From: Hydrolagus colliei
Lineage: Eukaryota
Assembly (NCBI GenBank): GCA_035084275.1
Contig: CM068749.1
Location: 14,322,001 to 14,386,000, forward strand
Length of the DNA stretch: 64,000 nucleotides
Reading direction: 5' to 3'
Part shown: positions 38,074 through 51,957 of the stretch, piece by piece
Layout of the letters: the number at the start of each line of letters is the position of its first letter
Position numbering within the stretch: position 1 is the stretch's first letter
Notes under the pieces: model-generated
Seen by the model: only the letters and a program-made list of their open reading frames with translations
The model's database searches: none
What the model was told of the DNA's origin: nothing
Translations under genes and position numbers: made by a program

Positions 38074-39177
38074 TGGGATGGTGGGCCCTGAGAGGTAGAA
38101 AATACCTCCCTCACACACACATCCCAGAGTGGGCCACCCAGGTTTGTTAAAGAAAGCTTAAAGAAATTTGCAACAATCTAACGTATTATTTCTTCATATT
38201 TAGTATTTATAAAGTGAAAAAAATATGCTGGCATTAAAATGTACCTCTCAATACACCCTCCCTTTTCCACATAACTCATCAAATTTCCCCACAAAATATA
38301 TTAAAATTTTACCTGCAATTTTTGGCAGATATTTCCACAATTTTCTATTGGCCCTGCTCATAACTTGCAGCACTCTGCAAAGTTAAGAAAGAAACAATGG
38401 AACAGATAAAGCCAAAGAAAACAGGATAGTGCCTTGTGATGAAAGTACTTCAAACGGATGTTATTTCAGGTCAAGTTTGAGCTGTCAATGATGTGTTCTC
38501 TAAGTTTAAAAATGATTGAGTCTAGTATTGTACTAGTAGTCAGTATTGATCCACTGAGGGATGTGTGAAAACCTGAAGGCCTCCAAAGTAATAATAAATT
38601 GCTTGTAGCTAAAATGCAAGGGAAAAGCAAACAACAGAACATGGCTTTGATGGAAGGGATATGAAAACGCAGGCAACAAAAATCACTGCTGGAAAATAGA
38701 ACAAAAACACATGCTTGCCATAAAAAAATATTAGCACGAATATTGCATTAAATATAACCCTATGGGTGAAACAATTAATATTTCAGTGACCATTGACAAC
38801 CTAGAAAAACAAGTCATAATGACATGGGCATGTATCTTTTATGAATACTGATGTTGCATAACATCAACAAGTCAGTACCTCTGCATTGAATGAAAATGTT
38901 GGTTCTGGAGAGGGTTTAATGTACTCTACATATTATTCTTGGGTGATATTTTAATTATGACATGATGTGCAACGTGACAATTTTGTTAAAGAAAAACCAT
39001 ACTGTATCTAACCTGTTAATGCTGCGAAGACAAAATGTTCCATGTTGGGCATCTTCCATTATACAGATCAGATCAGAATAGTACAGCCCATCAGTAATTT
39101 GGAGTTCTGTAATTTGCAGCCATTTTTCATTTCTCTCTTGGGACTCTTAACTGTCTTCATAACATTCAATTTGGAAT

Positions 39178-39243
39178 AAAACAACAACAACAACAGTACA
39201 TTTATAGAGCGCCTTTCACGTTGAGAAGATGTCCCAAGGCACA
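39178..39243 (-). mobile_element. L2 LINE 3' terminus
   Basis: (AAC)n followed by TACATTTATAGAGCGCCTTTCACGTTGAGAAGATGTCCCAAGGC. Confidence 0.75.
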
Positions 39244-40392
39244 GGGACATCCAAAACCTTGCAGCTGGTTTTTTTCAAGCAATATTTGGTACTGCTGGAT
39301 TATATTGCACAAGACAAAACTTCTTATTGCAGTATATCCTTCTCTGATAGTTTCTGAAAGTGGCATCCTGAGTTTGTACCAAATTACCAACATATTATCA
39401 GAACACAAATAAAAAGGTTTTCCAGCTCTCCTAGTGTTCATAAGGACAATTTATTTGTGAGTATCTGACCCATACAGACTATTTTCTCATTCATCAGCTG
39501 CGGAATATGTTCCATCTTCTCAGTAAATATCTGAGACCTATGGATAATTCACTGGTGAGCAGTTTAAGGTCCCGGATTCAACCTTCGGTCCTTGCTGCAA
39601 TCAGGCTGTGTCAACCTTAGACACAGTGGACGGAATACACATTTAATCTTCCACTTGATCTTCCACTTGGGCAAGGAAATTGCATATGTTTAATGATCTT
39701 ATTAAATTTGCCAATTCATTCTCCCAATTGTACAATTTGTTTCACAATGAATTACCCAGTGTGTGCAAGCTGACTGTATTTCTGATACAAAATCTTAAAT
39801 ACTTTTTAAATAGCATTGTTTTCTTGTTGCCTTTTGAAAGAAGTGTTAGGAAATAGAATGATTTCCTCTTTACACCAAGAGTCAGCGTCAAACGTTCATA
39901 GGTAAAAGTTATCATGGATTAGAATGCAGTTGGGAGCTCTCTGTCCAACCGTACCAGCAATTTGGCTTCAACCCAATCCTGCACTGTCAGCTACCGAAGA
40001 TAATGAGGCCGGCATAAAAAATCATGAACTTATGAGGGAAATAAACATTAAATTTATGGTAAAAGTAAACCACTCGAAAATAATGAGATGGGCATTAAAT
40101 GTAATAGTAAATTAGTTTAATTTCTGCATGCAGGGAACATATGAAACTTTTGAGAGGAATGTGTGAATGGAATAAAATCATGAGTGGATCAAGGCAGTTT
40201 ATGAGCCACATCCCATAACGGTTAAAAGAGGAACAAGTATGCAACATGCCCCAAACTATTCATGGGATATAAGATATAATGTTTCTTTGATTTGATTAAT
40301 ATCATATTTTTCACCTTACATTTCTGGAGATGGGAGGGGAATAGATGTTGAGTATTTCATTATTACCTTTGAGGTGTTTACAACCCATTTCA

Positions 40393-40558
40393 ATAGTAAT
40401 AATAACAACAATCCTTGCATTTGATATAGTGTTTTTCCCGTCTTCTACACATCTCAAAGCACTTCACAGAATATACTGTACAGTGAATTGATTGCATATA
40501 TGTGGGCAAAAAGTGGCAGTCAATTGCGCACAGCAACATCCCACAAACAGTCTCTGTG
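40393..40558 (-). mobile_element. tRNA-derived SINE 3' half
   Basis: ATCCTTGCATTTGATATAG...TTCACAGAATATACTGTA...CAATTGCGCACAGCAACATCCCACAAACAGTC. Confidence 0.85.
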
Positions 40559-40881
40559 GAGAACATTTGAGATGATAAGAAGGTGACCATCAACATTTCA
40601 GCAAAAGCAAGTTAAAGGTACTGAGCTAACGTTCATTATGTTTGACCACCTCCACTGCCCATCACCTTCCTTCAATACAACCTTTGATGCCATGTAATAT
40701 CTATACCTTGTAAGTCACCTGGGGCTGAGATATTTTGCCTATATCCATTCACTCATGTCACAATTCACTAATGTGTTGCACTCTGGTTGCTTGGATATGC
40801 AAAACTTTACAACATCAGGTCAACACGCTGTATATTTAGAATTGTTTAACTAATATTAATTTATAAAAGGGTTTCTTTTAG

Positions 40882-41045
40882 TTCCCCTAATGGCTCCGCT
40901 AGATTATCTGGTGTGTGGCTAAAACAGCAAGATTTCAGGTTCAATCCCAATTCTGACCCAATGGTACAATTGGTTTCAGCACCTTGGTCAGTTGATGGGG
41001 AAAATAGCCAAGGGCAATTGTCCTGAATAGTCTTCAGTGAACCCA
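40882..41045 (+). mobile_element. Ancient AmnSINE2-like SINE fragment
   Basis: CAGGTTCAATCCC, TACAATTGGTTTCAGCACC, GGGGAAAATAGCCAAGG. Confidence 0.5.
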
Positions 41046-41120
41046 AATGAACAAGATCAGATAAAATGTAACATTCATTGCTAAGGGTCATATACAAATG
41101 TAACCACACAGGGGAAGTAC

Positions 41121-41225
41121 CAACAACAACAAAATTAGATTTATAAAGGATCGGGTGCGCGACATGGAGCAGACCGGAGCCCGATGAACGGAATGGGTGG
41201 GCAGGTTCATGGGAGAGCAATGGCA
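41121..41225 (-). mobile_element. L2 ORF2 C-terminal fragment joined to its tail
   Basis: LLSHEPAHPFRSSGSGLLHVA resembles L2 LL.PY.P.R.LRSS..GLL.VP; (AAC)n tail at 41121. Confidence 0.65.
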
Positions 41226-41559
41226 CCTATGGTACTGTATCGCAGTCGAAGGAATGATGAATCAATCACATTCAGAAGAATGGGGAGTGCAGAAAACTGG
41301 AGAGGAAAAGATGGTTGTTTTATATCTTTAAATCAATGTATTTTGAACTGAAAATTATCAAAATATTAAAAGGCATATCAACCCAAATTCACTTATTTGG
41401 AAATCTTTCTTGAAATAAAACCAAGTCCCAATTTGTTCCTTACTGAATGCTGGCATTTTATGTCTAGTATGGATATTTACATATTTAGCATATTATATTA
41501 TTCTGAGTAACTATGGAATGGTGAGCTCCAGTCTACGGGAATGAGCGGAAAAGACAAAT

Positions 41560-41761
41560 TTAAAATACTTGCTCTGCAATCACTGATTAGTTCAATGGTT
41601 CTTATTAATACATTACCCCCTGCTCCACTCTGATCCACTAAATAGTATATAATTCGGTCCTTTCTGTGTCTCTTATATGCAGATGAAAAGTCTGGCAACA
41701 AGAGCTTGACGACTTCCTGGTCTGTGCTGACAGAGCAGAGGCTGATTGTATCGATCCACAC
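41560..41761 (-). mobile_element. Decayed L2/CR1-clade reverse transcriptase fragment
   Basis: LLLPDFSSAY...GAGGNVL resembles LLLLDLSAAFD...G.GGTVL. Confidence 0.5.
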
Positions 41762-44659
41762 ATCTAACAGCAGTAATCAGAATGTAAACTCAACCCTGTC
41801 CTGCCTGCTATCAAATCACTGCACGTCCACCTTTCCTCAGATATAGCCATGCATTCATCTTGCTGCTTGCCAATATATCCTGATGGAGCTTTTAGACACT
41901 TATCAATATTTAACTACATCATCTATTGACTCAGCAATTACACAGTAATTGATTTAAGATTGATTATCATCTAGTTAACATTTAAAGTCCAGAGGATAAG
42001 ATATGTAATATAAAGTTATTTCATTATGCCTCAATTTACTAGATTTAGTTACATTCAGAAACAATATTTCTAGATGAAATTATTTGTGGTAAATACATTG
42101 AAAAGAAATGTACTTTTCTTGGCATGTTTAGTAATATTAGTAGTTTCTTGCCTTTTGTGTGAATGTGTAATAAGTGTGATGGACACAAACATATTAGCTT
42201 CTACAGCTGCATTATTTTGGCTAAATCCATAAGGCAGGAATAGTATTGACTAAAGTCCTGTGCCCAAGGTAAGAAATCCACAAGGTAATTAGGAAGGAGA
42301 GAAATAAGTGGAATAAAAATGAGACGTTATACAATTTAAAGTTAAGTATTAGAGAAAAAAATGAGTTTAAATTCATGTTCTGGAGTATTAACTTTGGTAC
42401 AGTATTTGAAAAAAAATAATAATAAACAGTATAATCTTCATATGAGTGACTCACTTAAATAGGAAAATAAATTATACTTGAATGTACATCCAGGATAATA
42501 TGCTCTCTTGGACATTGGTGCAAAACATATTGATTTGCAATAAAGTCTTATGGTGCATATTGCAATCTTGTTTGATTTAAGCTCTTCCTCTAACCCCAGT
42601 TTGGGTACCCAGCCAATCTGTGAAGCAGTTTTAGATGTCCTCCTGAAGTAAAAGGCACTGTATAAATATAAAATTATTTTGTTTGTTGTTCTTCACAGAT
42701 GTAACATGTGGTTATGGTGCATTTGATGTGTTATCAGAAAATTACAGATACAGATAGCTCTCAGCAGCTCAGTTGAATATTTAGCATGCATTGTGATAGG
42801 TTCAAAATAGATTGGTGTCCCGGTCCTCTATCTGATAAAACAGAGTACATTTCTAAGATGTAGATTAAATAATGGGTTCTCAGTGGCTGATCTGGAATGA
42901 TTCTGGTAAATTAATATAATTGTTGATAAATTATTTTGTTCTCGTCTCTGTCAGTCTTTTGCTAACGATAAGGTATGTTGGGCGAAGAATGTGTTGGCCT
43001 TGCATTTGATACAACACAGCAACAATAAATTACATTTGAATTGTTCCTTTCACATCGGGAGGACATCCCAAAGCGCTGTTATCGTATTATAATTATTATC
43101 ACACCTTATCATGATGGTGAAATGTCTCAAAGCGCTTCACAGGAATTACTGTCAAGTATGTACAGTAAATATTTGTAAATATTTGTAGGATAATGTATAC
43201 AAAATACAACCTATACTTATGAGTTGAAAAATAAAAGTGTTGGGATACAATAAGTCAGTGAAGCCTGGTGAGAATTGGGTGATAGTGTGCAGAGTTTGGT
43301 GTGAGTGAGCAAACATCATAGATCATTCTCAAAGCCTATACAGTATATCATATCACAATCACAACAAAAACCTATAGTGAATGTGTATTCTCTGCAGTTC
43401 CCTAGATATTGTCGATGCCAAATTGTACCATTTAGTCGTAATCAGTTGTTGGAAGAATTTCCGTATGAATTCTGCAATTTATCAATACTTGTCACGCTGT
43501 TTCACATGGGGAAAAGACAGTTTTCTCTGCTCAAACTGAAAGCACTGAGTCAGAGCTCAAATGAATTACTTCGAGCAGGGGTCAAGTCATTCCCATCCCC
43601 CTCACAGCATTAGATTCTCAAGTCTGTGAATTGCAATAGACACAAGAGGTCAAAATATTCTATAGGTGTTGTGGAGTTCAATGACATGGTTAAACTCTTA
43701 AGCATTTAAATTGTACAATCAAGTGGTTTGTTGAGAAAATCATGGAGGACATCAATTATGCCATATTAACACTGCTGTATCAGCTATTAGGACTAGTCAG
43801 GCAAACAAACTATCTCAAAGAAGCTCAGCGAATCACTCATCCTTAACAATTCCTGCTGGTTTTATACGGCACTAGCTGTAGCTGTCGCGGTGATTTGCTA
43901 TAAAATGTCTGTCGAGGCCCAAAATTCAGAAGTGGCCAATCTCCTAAGAATACTTCTGTGGCCATTTGGCAGGCCAGGGGGGAATTTAACAGTTCTCAGA
44001 TTCTCATCATTCCACTACAAACACAACATTTCCAAAGCATTTAGGGAACAACACGCAGATTTAATTTGGAAGCTTTATTGAGCCATTCCATTATTATTAC
44101 AATCTACAATATTCCCTTCCGTGTGCGAAAGACAAACAATGATTAATTAATTGTTTAATTTTTACGAGTATTTATTATGTGTAGCCAGTATAGTATTATT
44201 GAAGCACAAATAGCCTGAATATTTTCTACATGTATAACTCCATATACAGTATGATGCATTTTGTTGCTTTTCTAGGTTGTGCTTTCAGGGAAAGCTGCCT
44301 TTCCTGAAAGTTCAATTGTTTTGCAATCGGTTTATGCTCTCCTTTGCAATTATATAAGTGGCTGGAGATCTACTTTCTAAACAGAACTTGTTCTGCACTG
44401 GTACAACTACTATAATCACCAATGAGAAGCTAAAGAAAAACCATTATCATGGAAAGAAGTGGGAGGATGAAAGAAATCTCCAACACACTCTACAGATTCT
44501 GATGATTAGACATCAGATGACAGCTATAAGGTAGATTGATGGCCTTCAAAGAGACCAATTAGGGGAATGTGTTTTGCACGGCAGGTAGATTTCAAGGAAG
44601 ATAAATGCAAGATAATATATATTTGAACGGAACACACAAAATCCAGTCATGATGAAAGT

Positions 44660-45010
44660 ATTCCATTAGAAAAAGCAGGAAAGCAAATGGATTTGGGTAT
44701 GGCTATTGACCATCATTAAAGCAGCCACTAAATTATGTTTTCAATGCATCTTGACAACATTTGATCAGAAGTCAAAATAAGCTATTCTAACCCGATGAAA
44801 ATCTTCGGTAAGACACATTCTGTTTATTATATGCTGGTGCAAAGACTTGATCTTCATCAGATGACGCTGGAATCTGAAGCTCAGAAAATGTTACAGCTGA
44901 GCTATCAAGTGAGATTTATGGCAATAACAAGACATCTGAACAATGAAGTGATAGTATTCAGAATGGCAGATGGGATTTAATGTGGATATTTGTAAAATAA
45001 TGCAATGTTT
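44660..45010 (+). mobile_element. Decayed CR1 reverse transcriptase fragment
   Basis: WQMGFNVDICKIMQ near 44964-45005 matches the CR1 WQMxFNxxKCxxMH motif. Confidence 0.55.
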
Positions 45011-46084
45011 AAAATATTGGCAGGAATAGATAATGCATCTTTTTTTAATATGGATTTTGAGAATAAAATCAAGAATAAAATGAACAAGATGCCTATTGGA
45101 TGGGTCAAATATCCTTTTCAGTCTTTTCACTGTCCATGCTTCACGTTCTTAGAACATTATTCCGCCGTGTTGTATTGAATCCATTTTACTCTTGTAATTA
45201 AATTACTGGAGATTGCTAATCTTGCTCGCACCAAAAGAGGACTTTACATATTTTGCATAATAGTTGTGGAGGTATTCCTTATACATTACAATTTACATTT
45301 ATGTAGCTCCTTTTATTGGGAGGATTTCTCCAAGCACTTAACGCTGTTTAGATACCCAAACTGGGGGATTAGGATTCTGAAGGCAATAGGGAGGAGAAAA
45401 ATGACCAAAAACGCAGTCAAAGAGGTACATCTTGGATTAGACAGTTGTAATAAATAGCAGTTATAATAAAAATGGTGGAAAATAAATACTTGAGAAATTA
45501 CAAGGATCTTCCAGAAAATATAAAATCCAAACAGTTTGCTCAGTAGTTTTTCTGCTTTCAAGGTTCAAGTCAAATGACTTGCCCTCTGGTGTTTCGAGCT
45601 AATAAGGCAAAATATGTTTCCTTTTGTACACATGCATTTTTGAAGAAATATCTACATATTGAAACCTATGCACCTTTGTAGTTAAATATTCAAATATATG
45701 TAGTCGTGTTGCATTCTACATAAACCTTTTACCTTTCTTGTACAAAGACTCTGCAGGCGGTGGGAGGGAGGGGTCTGAATCAGCTCTATCCTGTAAACAG
45801 TGTAATTTGAAAAGTGCATTAGTAGCTGAACTACTGCTAGGCCAAAATAAGTTTTATAATATTTCTGAGATCTTTCAAAATAGTTGTCTCCAATGCACAC
45901 AGATAACAGTTGAAATTAAGTTTCTGATTACATATTCACTTTTTTGCCCAAGTCTGCGGGTTGTGTCCACATGCACGTGACTACAGGAATCACACAACCA
46001 GCCCATAGTGCATATCGGGAACAGCAATGAGGAACAGGAAGATACATATGTACAATGGATCAGGGCGCAATGGCAATCACAGAG

Positions 46085-46235
46085 CATTCACTTCACGATT
46101 GTTTGTGGGACTTTGCTGTGCACAAATTGGCAGCTACATTCACCTACAAAATACAGGTCACCACACATTACACTAAATCCTGTGAAGCACTTGATATCGA
46201 ATGCAAAAATACTTATTACTGTAATATTATTATAA
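46085..46235 (+). mobile_element. SINE 3' half (Deu block and tail)
   Basis: TGTTTGTGGGACTTTGCTGTGCACAAATTGGCAGC. Confidence 0.75.
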
Positions 46236-47081
46236 CTACATGCATTCAAAATTACACCTGAGAACTCAGTTCAAACGACAGATAGAGGTGTTGCAAATGT
46301 GAGCCAATTTCATTGTCAACTTTTGGATACCACACTGGATGCACATCATAGAAAGTAAGTTGCAGGGCTGCAGCGATCATCATCATTGACATTCACAATT
46401 GCTTCAACTTTTCATTTTCACCTCACACAAAAGATGGTTTATGCTACTAAAACAGTGAAGTGTGGCTAATCTCTGGTTGATGATGCAACTCGCTTTGCTG
46501 CACTGGAAAAAACATTTTTGCTCAACTAGCTATGCTTTGGCATCAAACTGAAGGGTTGGGATTAAAAAAAGAAAACAGCATTTGAAGGATATTATATCTG
46601 TCACTATCTCAGCAGTATTATTCAGTTCAGTGATACACAGCACTGCTGAATTACTGAACTACACTCAAAAGTGACCAATCTCTAACAATTGAAAAATACC
46701 CTTTTCAGAAGCTATTTAGCTTCATATACTCGTCTTATCCACACACACAAAAGGCTGAGTAAATCAAACATAAAATGAAATCCTTTTTTCATTTTCATAT
46801 ATCCCTGAGCACCTGAGTGCATATTCCTACTGCTTATCATCCACATAAGAGATTTAGGCTAGTAGGTATTATCAACCCATCAATTCCACCACAAGAAAAT
46901 CTGAAGTCAATAAACAAAAATAAATTCTTTAATATCTGCTCAAGACAATTATCACCACCCTGCACATTCCACCCCCCAACCACCCGTGAGAAATAGCAGC
47001 ATCACTAACAATTTTTCCAGTTGCTTCCCAAGAAAGTAGGCGCTTTGCTAAGCAGGGTTGGCTACCTCTGCTTCAATCTTT

Positions 47082-47408
47082 GGAGTCCTGTAGCTCAGTG
47101 ATTAGAGCACTCGCCTCACAATCAAGAGATCCAGGTTCGATTCCTGGCAGGGAAAATGTTGGACAGGTTACTCTACACGCCCATGTTTACCTTACAGTAA
47201 GTAGGAACCCAGTTATTAGTTGATTGGTGGATCACTTTTCCAGGGGTAATAATTCCTTCAAAACAACAAAAATATAATAAATTTGATCACCTCATCCATG
47301 ACTGTGTGAGATGCTGATACGCACAATTGACTTCTGCATCAATTCACTTTACAGTATATTCTGTGAAGCGCATTGAGACATTTCAAAGATGTGACAAGGC
47401 GCTTTATA
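47082..47408 (+). mobile_element. tRNA-derived SINE, long-core variant, interrupted in its tail
   Basis: GGAGTCCTGTAGCTCAGTG head, GGTTCGATTCC B box, extra GTTTACCTTACAGTAAGTAGGAACCC segment; tail resumes at 47719-47743. Confidence 0.88.
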
Positions 47409-47717
47409 ATCTTTGCACTTTGATATAGCACTTTTCACGTCTTCTAAATGTCTCAAAGCGCTTCACAGAATATACTGTAAAGTGAATTGATTGTATATTG
47501 TTGGGCTAAACGTAGCAACCAATTACTGTACGTATAGCATTATCCCATAAACAGTCGTGAATTGAAATGACCAATTTATTAGGGGTTTTTTTAGGGATTA
47601 TTATTAGGCGTGTAGAGTAAGGAAACTTTCCCAAAATTTGACCCTGCATGGATTCGAACACAGGTCTCACTTAAGGCAAGTGCTCTAACCACTGAGCTAC
47701 AGTATTATTGCAGGACT
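47409..47717 (-). mobile_element. Full-length tRNA-derived SINE nested in the preceding copy
   Basis: Complete reverse copy flanked by TTTATA at 47403-47408 and 47719-47724. Confidence 0.88.
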
Positions 47718-48879
47718 GTTTATATCAAATGCAAGGATTATTAAAACTAGAGGATCATTTGATCTCTACCATTAGCCATCAGTAAAGTAAAGGCAATATA
47801 TTCTTTGCTTTATTGTTGGTGGATTCTTTTAGAAAGGCATTTAACATATTTTTAATAAGCTTAGAATTGAAAAAAACATTATTTTCAGTGTGCACCCAAC
47901 AAAGAAAACTTTCTGTTTTGCCCATGGTGACATACTTCCCTCTGGTGGCTTAGCTAAAAATTGCTAAAGAAAATACAAATCCAACAGATGAACTGGTTAG
48001 GTGGGGATGGAAGCCTCTGCTGCACCCACAAAGTATGCTGGAAGCACCAAAACATGTATAATACATCAAGCAACTGACTTAGTTACAAAATATTACTCCA
48101 TGCAATTAAAGGTTGGGATGGTGTGGATGGGAACCCATTGTTAAGCACACATCTCAATTTACAAACAGCTGCACAAAACATGGCCATTGGCAGAACAGAC
48201 ATCAAACCTGGAGTCATAGATTAAAAACATTGATCAATGGATACAGTAAACTGTTTAGAAAATAATGGAAATTGTTGGATTTGTAGAACTTGGACTCACT
48301 GGAGTAAAACTCAACCAAGGTTCGGAGCTTAGAACAGTGAAATTAATCAGTAAAATTCAATTCATTGACAAACACTAAGTACAACCTGCTTTATTGTTGT
48401 TATCAATGGGCCATGACTTTTGAAAAAGAATATTCATCAGAAAGTTCAGCCAATAATAAAATTGTTTGAGGGAAACTAGCTAGCTGCTGAGACCTCATCT
48501 ATCACTGACTATTTCTGGAAACTTGCCCTCTTCTGTAGCATTGGAAGAAAAATTCAATCTTTCTGTGCCTCCGAGTCACCACTGGGAACACATGTATTTG
48601 TCCTTCACCAATTCATTTTGAAATTTCAACAGACAAAATTGCACAAGACTTTATTTTAAAAAAAATATGAAAAATGAAAGCGATGTGCATTCTCGTTAAA
48701 TGTTCTTAACGGCACCTGGCAGCAAGAATATGCATTTCTGTAAAACACAGGCTATATCAGAAAAGCGCAGGATTTGGTGAATATGATTCCTTGTTTTGTT
48801 TGGAATGTAGTTTTCACGTCTAAAAATGAGGGATTGTTATGCTGGGAAATCATAACTTGTCCTACCTTTGTGCATCAAT

Positions 48880-49222
48880 CTCAGCACTGTGCTACCAGGA
48901 CAGACATAGCATAGCTAGATGTAGAGCAAAACTCCTGCTTTTCCTCAACAATGTGCTTCAATCTCATTCAGAGAAAATTCTTTGATGCACCAATGCCGCA
49001 CATCAACTGGTCCTTTTAGTGAGAATTCTGAATTTGAAGACTCAATTAATTATTGGTGATATAATGGCCCATTTTGTCCTGTGAGTTCCTAGCTACGCTG
49101 AATTGGGTGAGAAAGCTCAATTGTGGGAGAAAAAGAAACCTGTCATCCCATTCCTCAAGACAGCATTTCAGCTTGAGGTCCCAGAAGTGAAAGGATAAAG
49201 ATTTTTAGCCACTGACCCACCC
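48880..49222 (-). mobile_element. Ancient LF-SINE-like element
   Basis: Minus-strand head GGGTCAGTGG...CCTTTCACTTCTGGGACC and 3' part GACAGACATAGCATAGCTAGATGTAGAGCAAAACTCC...CAATGTGCTTCA. Confidence 0.45.
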
Positions 49223-49439
49223 AAAGACTTGATCAAGGAAACTGTCCATATGATGCTGAAAATGTCAGCAGTGATTTTAGGCACAGCTAGAAAAGGAATT
49301 CATTCAATACGGAAGTGAAGAATAATGAATTTTTGCCTCTGAATTTTTGGAAGCAAGTTAAAGAATATAAATAAAATTGACAACCCTTCACTTCAGTTAC
49401 AAAAGCAGCAGTTATACTAAGAAGAGCAGACTTACAGGA

Positions 49440-49580
49440 ATGCAGAGTTACTGGAATGAGTAAGCAAGTCAGGTATTTGTGTGCCACAAGGTTCTTCCCT
49501 TGGATTTTATTATACATTTATTGATTCTGTTGAGAATCTTGCAAGCAGATATTGATAGCTTTGAACACTCATTGGCAAAA
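49440..49580 (+). mobile_element. Decayed CR1 reverse transcriptase fragment
   Basis: GTGCCACAAGGTTCT encodes VPQGS; downstream LQADIDSF resembles LQ.DLD.L. Confidence 0.55.
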
Positions 49581-50842
49581 CTTACAGTGTTCCATCAGAG
49601 GATGGAATGTATCTTGCAAGACTCTATATTAGCACATCAATTTCCCTTTAAAACTTCTATAGTGACACATTCCTCAGTAAATATTTTGAAAAATAGAATA
49701 TATGTACATTATGCCCATACAGTTTAAAAATAAACACACGTGTTGTGAATCTTTCAATGTTTATTCTAAAATATATAAGAAACTGTTGTGATGATGCAGA
49801 TCAATATAGATATAAATGTTCTACATAAACTTCCCAGTTAAGTTGGGATAAATAAGTTTGTGTGTTGGATCTGAATTTTAATATTGTAGCCTAATAATAC
49901 CCATCATATCAGCATGTAACTAGCACACAGATTGCATCAAATCCCATCAAATGATCAAGATGTACATAAAATCTGACATTTCATGCATATTACAGGGTTC
50001 CCATATTGGAAATTGCTCTATCTGTGCATGCAGGGGAAAGAGAGAGCTAGAATGAATATTGAACAGATGCACACTTGCACCCTGATTGTCATTACCATAA
50101 TGTAACTGTCATAGAGGTCAAATCCTAACAGTATGGTACAAGTTCATTTATAACATGAGCAAGGAAAGAATCTTAAATAAAATATGACATGAATGTTTAA
50201 TTTTTTTTAATGTATAAAATATATCCTTTATTCAAAAATGTTGGGACATGGCCTCCTGAAATCTGGTGCCTAGCACGGAAGAAAGCCCAGATATTCCACT
50301 CACTGACTGCCCAGTATGCTTTACATCATACTCTGGACAGTTAAAGCTTTGACTGCTCACTTTGCTGGCGTGCTTCCCTGCTCCTGTGTTAGTTAATTTA
50401 GATTAATGAATATGCGAATAAGCAGTACATTGTTACAACATGGAAGGGGGCAGCCATTTTTGTGGCCCACCACTTGCATGCTTCAGGCTCAGTAAGTCTG
50501 TTTTTTCTGTTAAAATGACAAGGTTTTCACCGTCAAGAATTCAGAAAACTTATTTTTGCTTTATCCAGCGGTATAACATATTTTATTTGTGTATGTTTGT
50601 GTGCTTGTGTGAATGGGAGAGGAAGGGAAGCTTAATTAAAAAGTCCTGACTTCAGTCCAAGTGTAAGACGTGTAAAAATCCCTCCAAGTCCTGACAATGA
50701 GTCAGGAATCATGTGTGGTCTGTCGTGAGGAGTGCCCAGGCGTACTGTGGATGGGGGTCGCTCGAGAAACTGACTACTCGAGATTGCCATGGAGGTGATG
50801 TTAATTCCAATGTCAAACACATCATCTTGTACTCAGCTCAGA

Positions 50843-51161
50843 TTAATAATAGTAATAATCCTTATATTTGATATAGCGCTTTTCATGTCTTCTAGACACC
50901 TCAAGGCGCTTCACAGAATACTGTATATTGTAAAGTTAATTGACCGTATATAAGTAGGCGAAATGCAGCAGCCAAATGCGCACAGCAGCGTCCCACAATC
51001 AATCGTGGATTGAAGTGATCAATTTATTATTTTTCTTGATGGATTACATTATCAGGCATGTAGAGTAAGGAAACTTGCCCAAGGTTTCACCTTGCCTGGA
51101 ATCGAACCCAGGTCTCTCTCTCTTGGAAAGCGAGAGCTCTAACCACTGAGCTACAGGACTC
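50843..51161 (-). mobile_element. Full-length tRNA-derived SINE
   Basis: Tail, Deu block, B box GTTCGATTCC on minus strand, head CTAACCACTGAGCTACAGGACTC. Confidence 0.92.
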
Positions 51162-51667
51162 TGATTACCTCCTTTCAAAGATAGCAAGCCTTACTTGATC
51201 TCTCACTAGGTAAGACCCCTTTCCTCTTACAGCATATTATCAACATCCAAGATGGCTTCCAGCAGCAAGTGTCTTTATCTGCAAACAGAAGGTTATTGTT
51301 GGGTCAGCCTCCAACTGAGCTAAGTTGACAATATAGTAAAATTGCTTAGAAGCAAATTAACAAATTAACTAATAATGCAACATATTCAAATACATTTGAT
51401 AAAATTATTTGAAATATCAAGCTGTGGCTTTTTTTTAATTTTAACTGACTACAGAAGATCTGTGAAGCCTGGGTATGAAACCCAACTGATTTCACACGTA
51501 GGTCAGAAATTAGCCCCAAACTCCTCAATTACAACAGAATTTTATGAGTCACAATACTGCAACCGCAACATAAACACTAGGCTAAAATACTGATGATTTC
51601 TGAGGCAATGGAAGATCATTTACCTTTTTGGCTGTTTGTGAGATACATTCGCCCATAAAGTATTTTT

Positions 51668-51957
51668 TAATAATAACAATAATCCTTGTATTTTATATAG
51701 CACTTTTCACGTCTTCTAGATGCTTCACAGAATATAAAATAAAGTGAATTGACTATACATATATAGGTGAAAGCAGCAGCCAATTCCATACAGCAGTGTC
51801 CCACAGACAGTTGTGGATTCAACTGACCAAATATTTGGGGATTATTATTAAGATTGTAGAGTAAGAAAACTTGCCCAAGGTTTCACCCTACGTGGAATTG
51901 AACCCAGGTCTCTTGCTTGTAAGGTGAGTGCTCTAACCACTGAGCTACAGGACTCCA
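51668..51957 (-). mobile_element. Full-length tRNA-derived SINE
   Basis: Same architecture; head GTGCTCTAACCACTGAGCTACAGGACTCCA. Confidence 0.9.

Noticed and set aside
43305-43613. ORF with LRR-like stretch SRNQLLEEFPYEFCNLSIL
   Set aside because: Single imperfect motif with wrong spacing, no flanking repeats and no clear donor site
49254-49270. TGCTGAAAATGTCAGCA, also near 56204, resembling a Maf recognition element
   Set aside because: Spacer length does not fit the canonical element and there is no further shared flanking sequence
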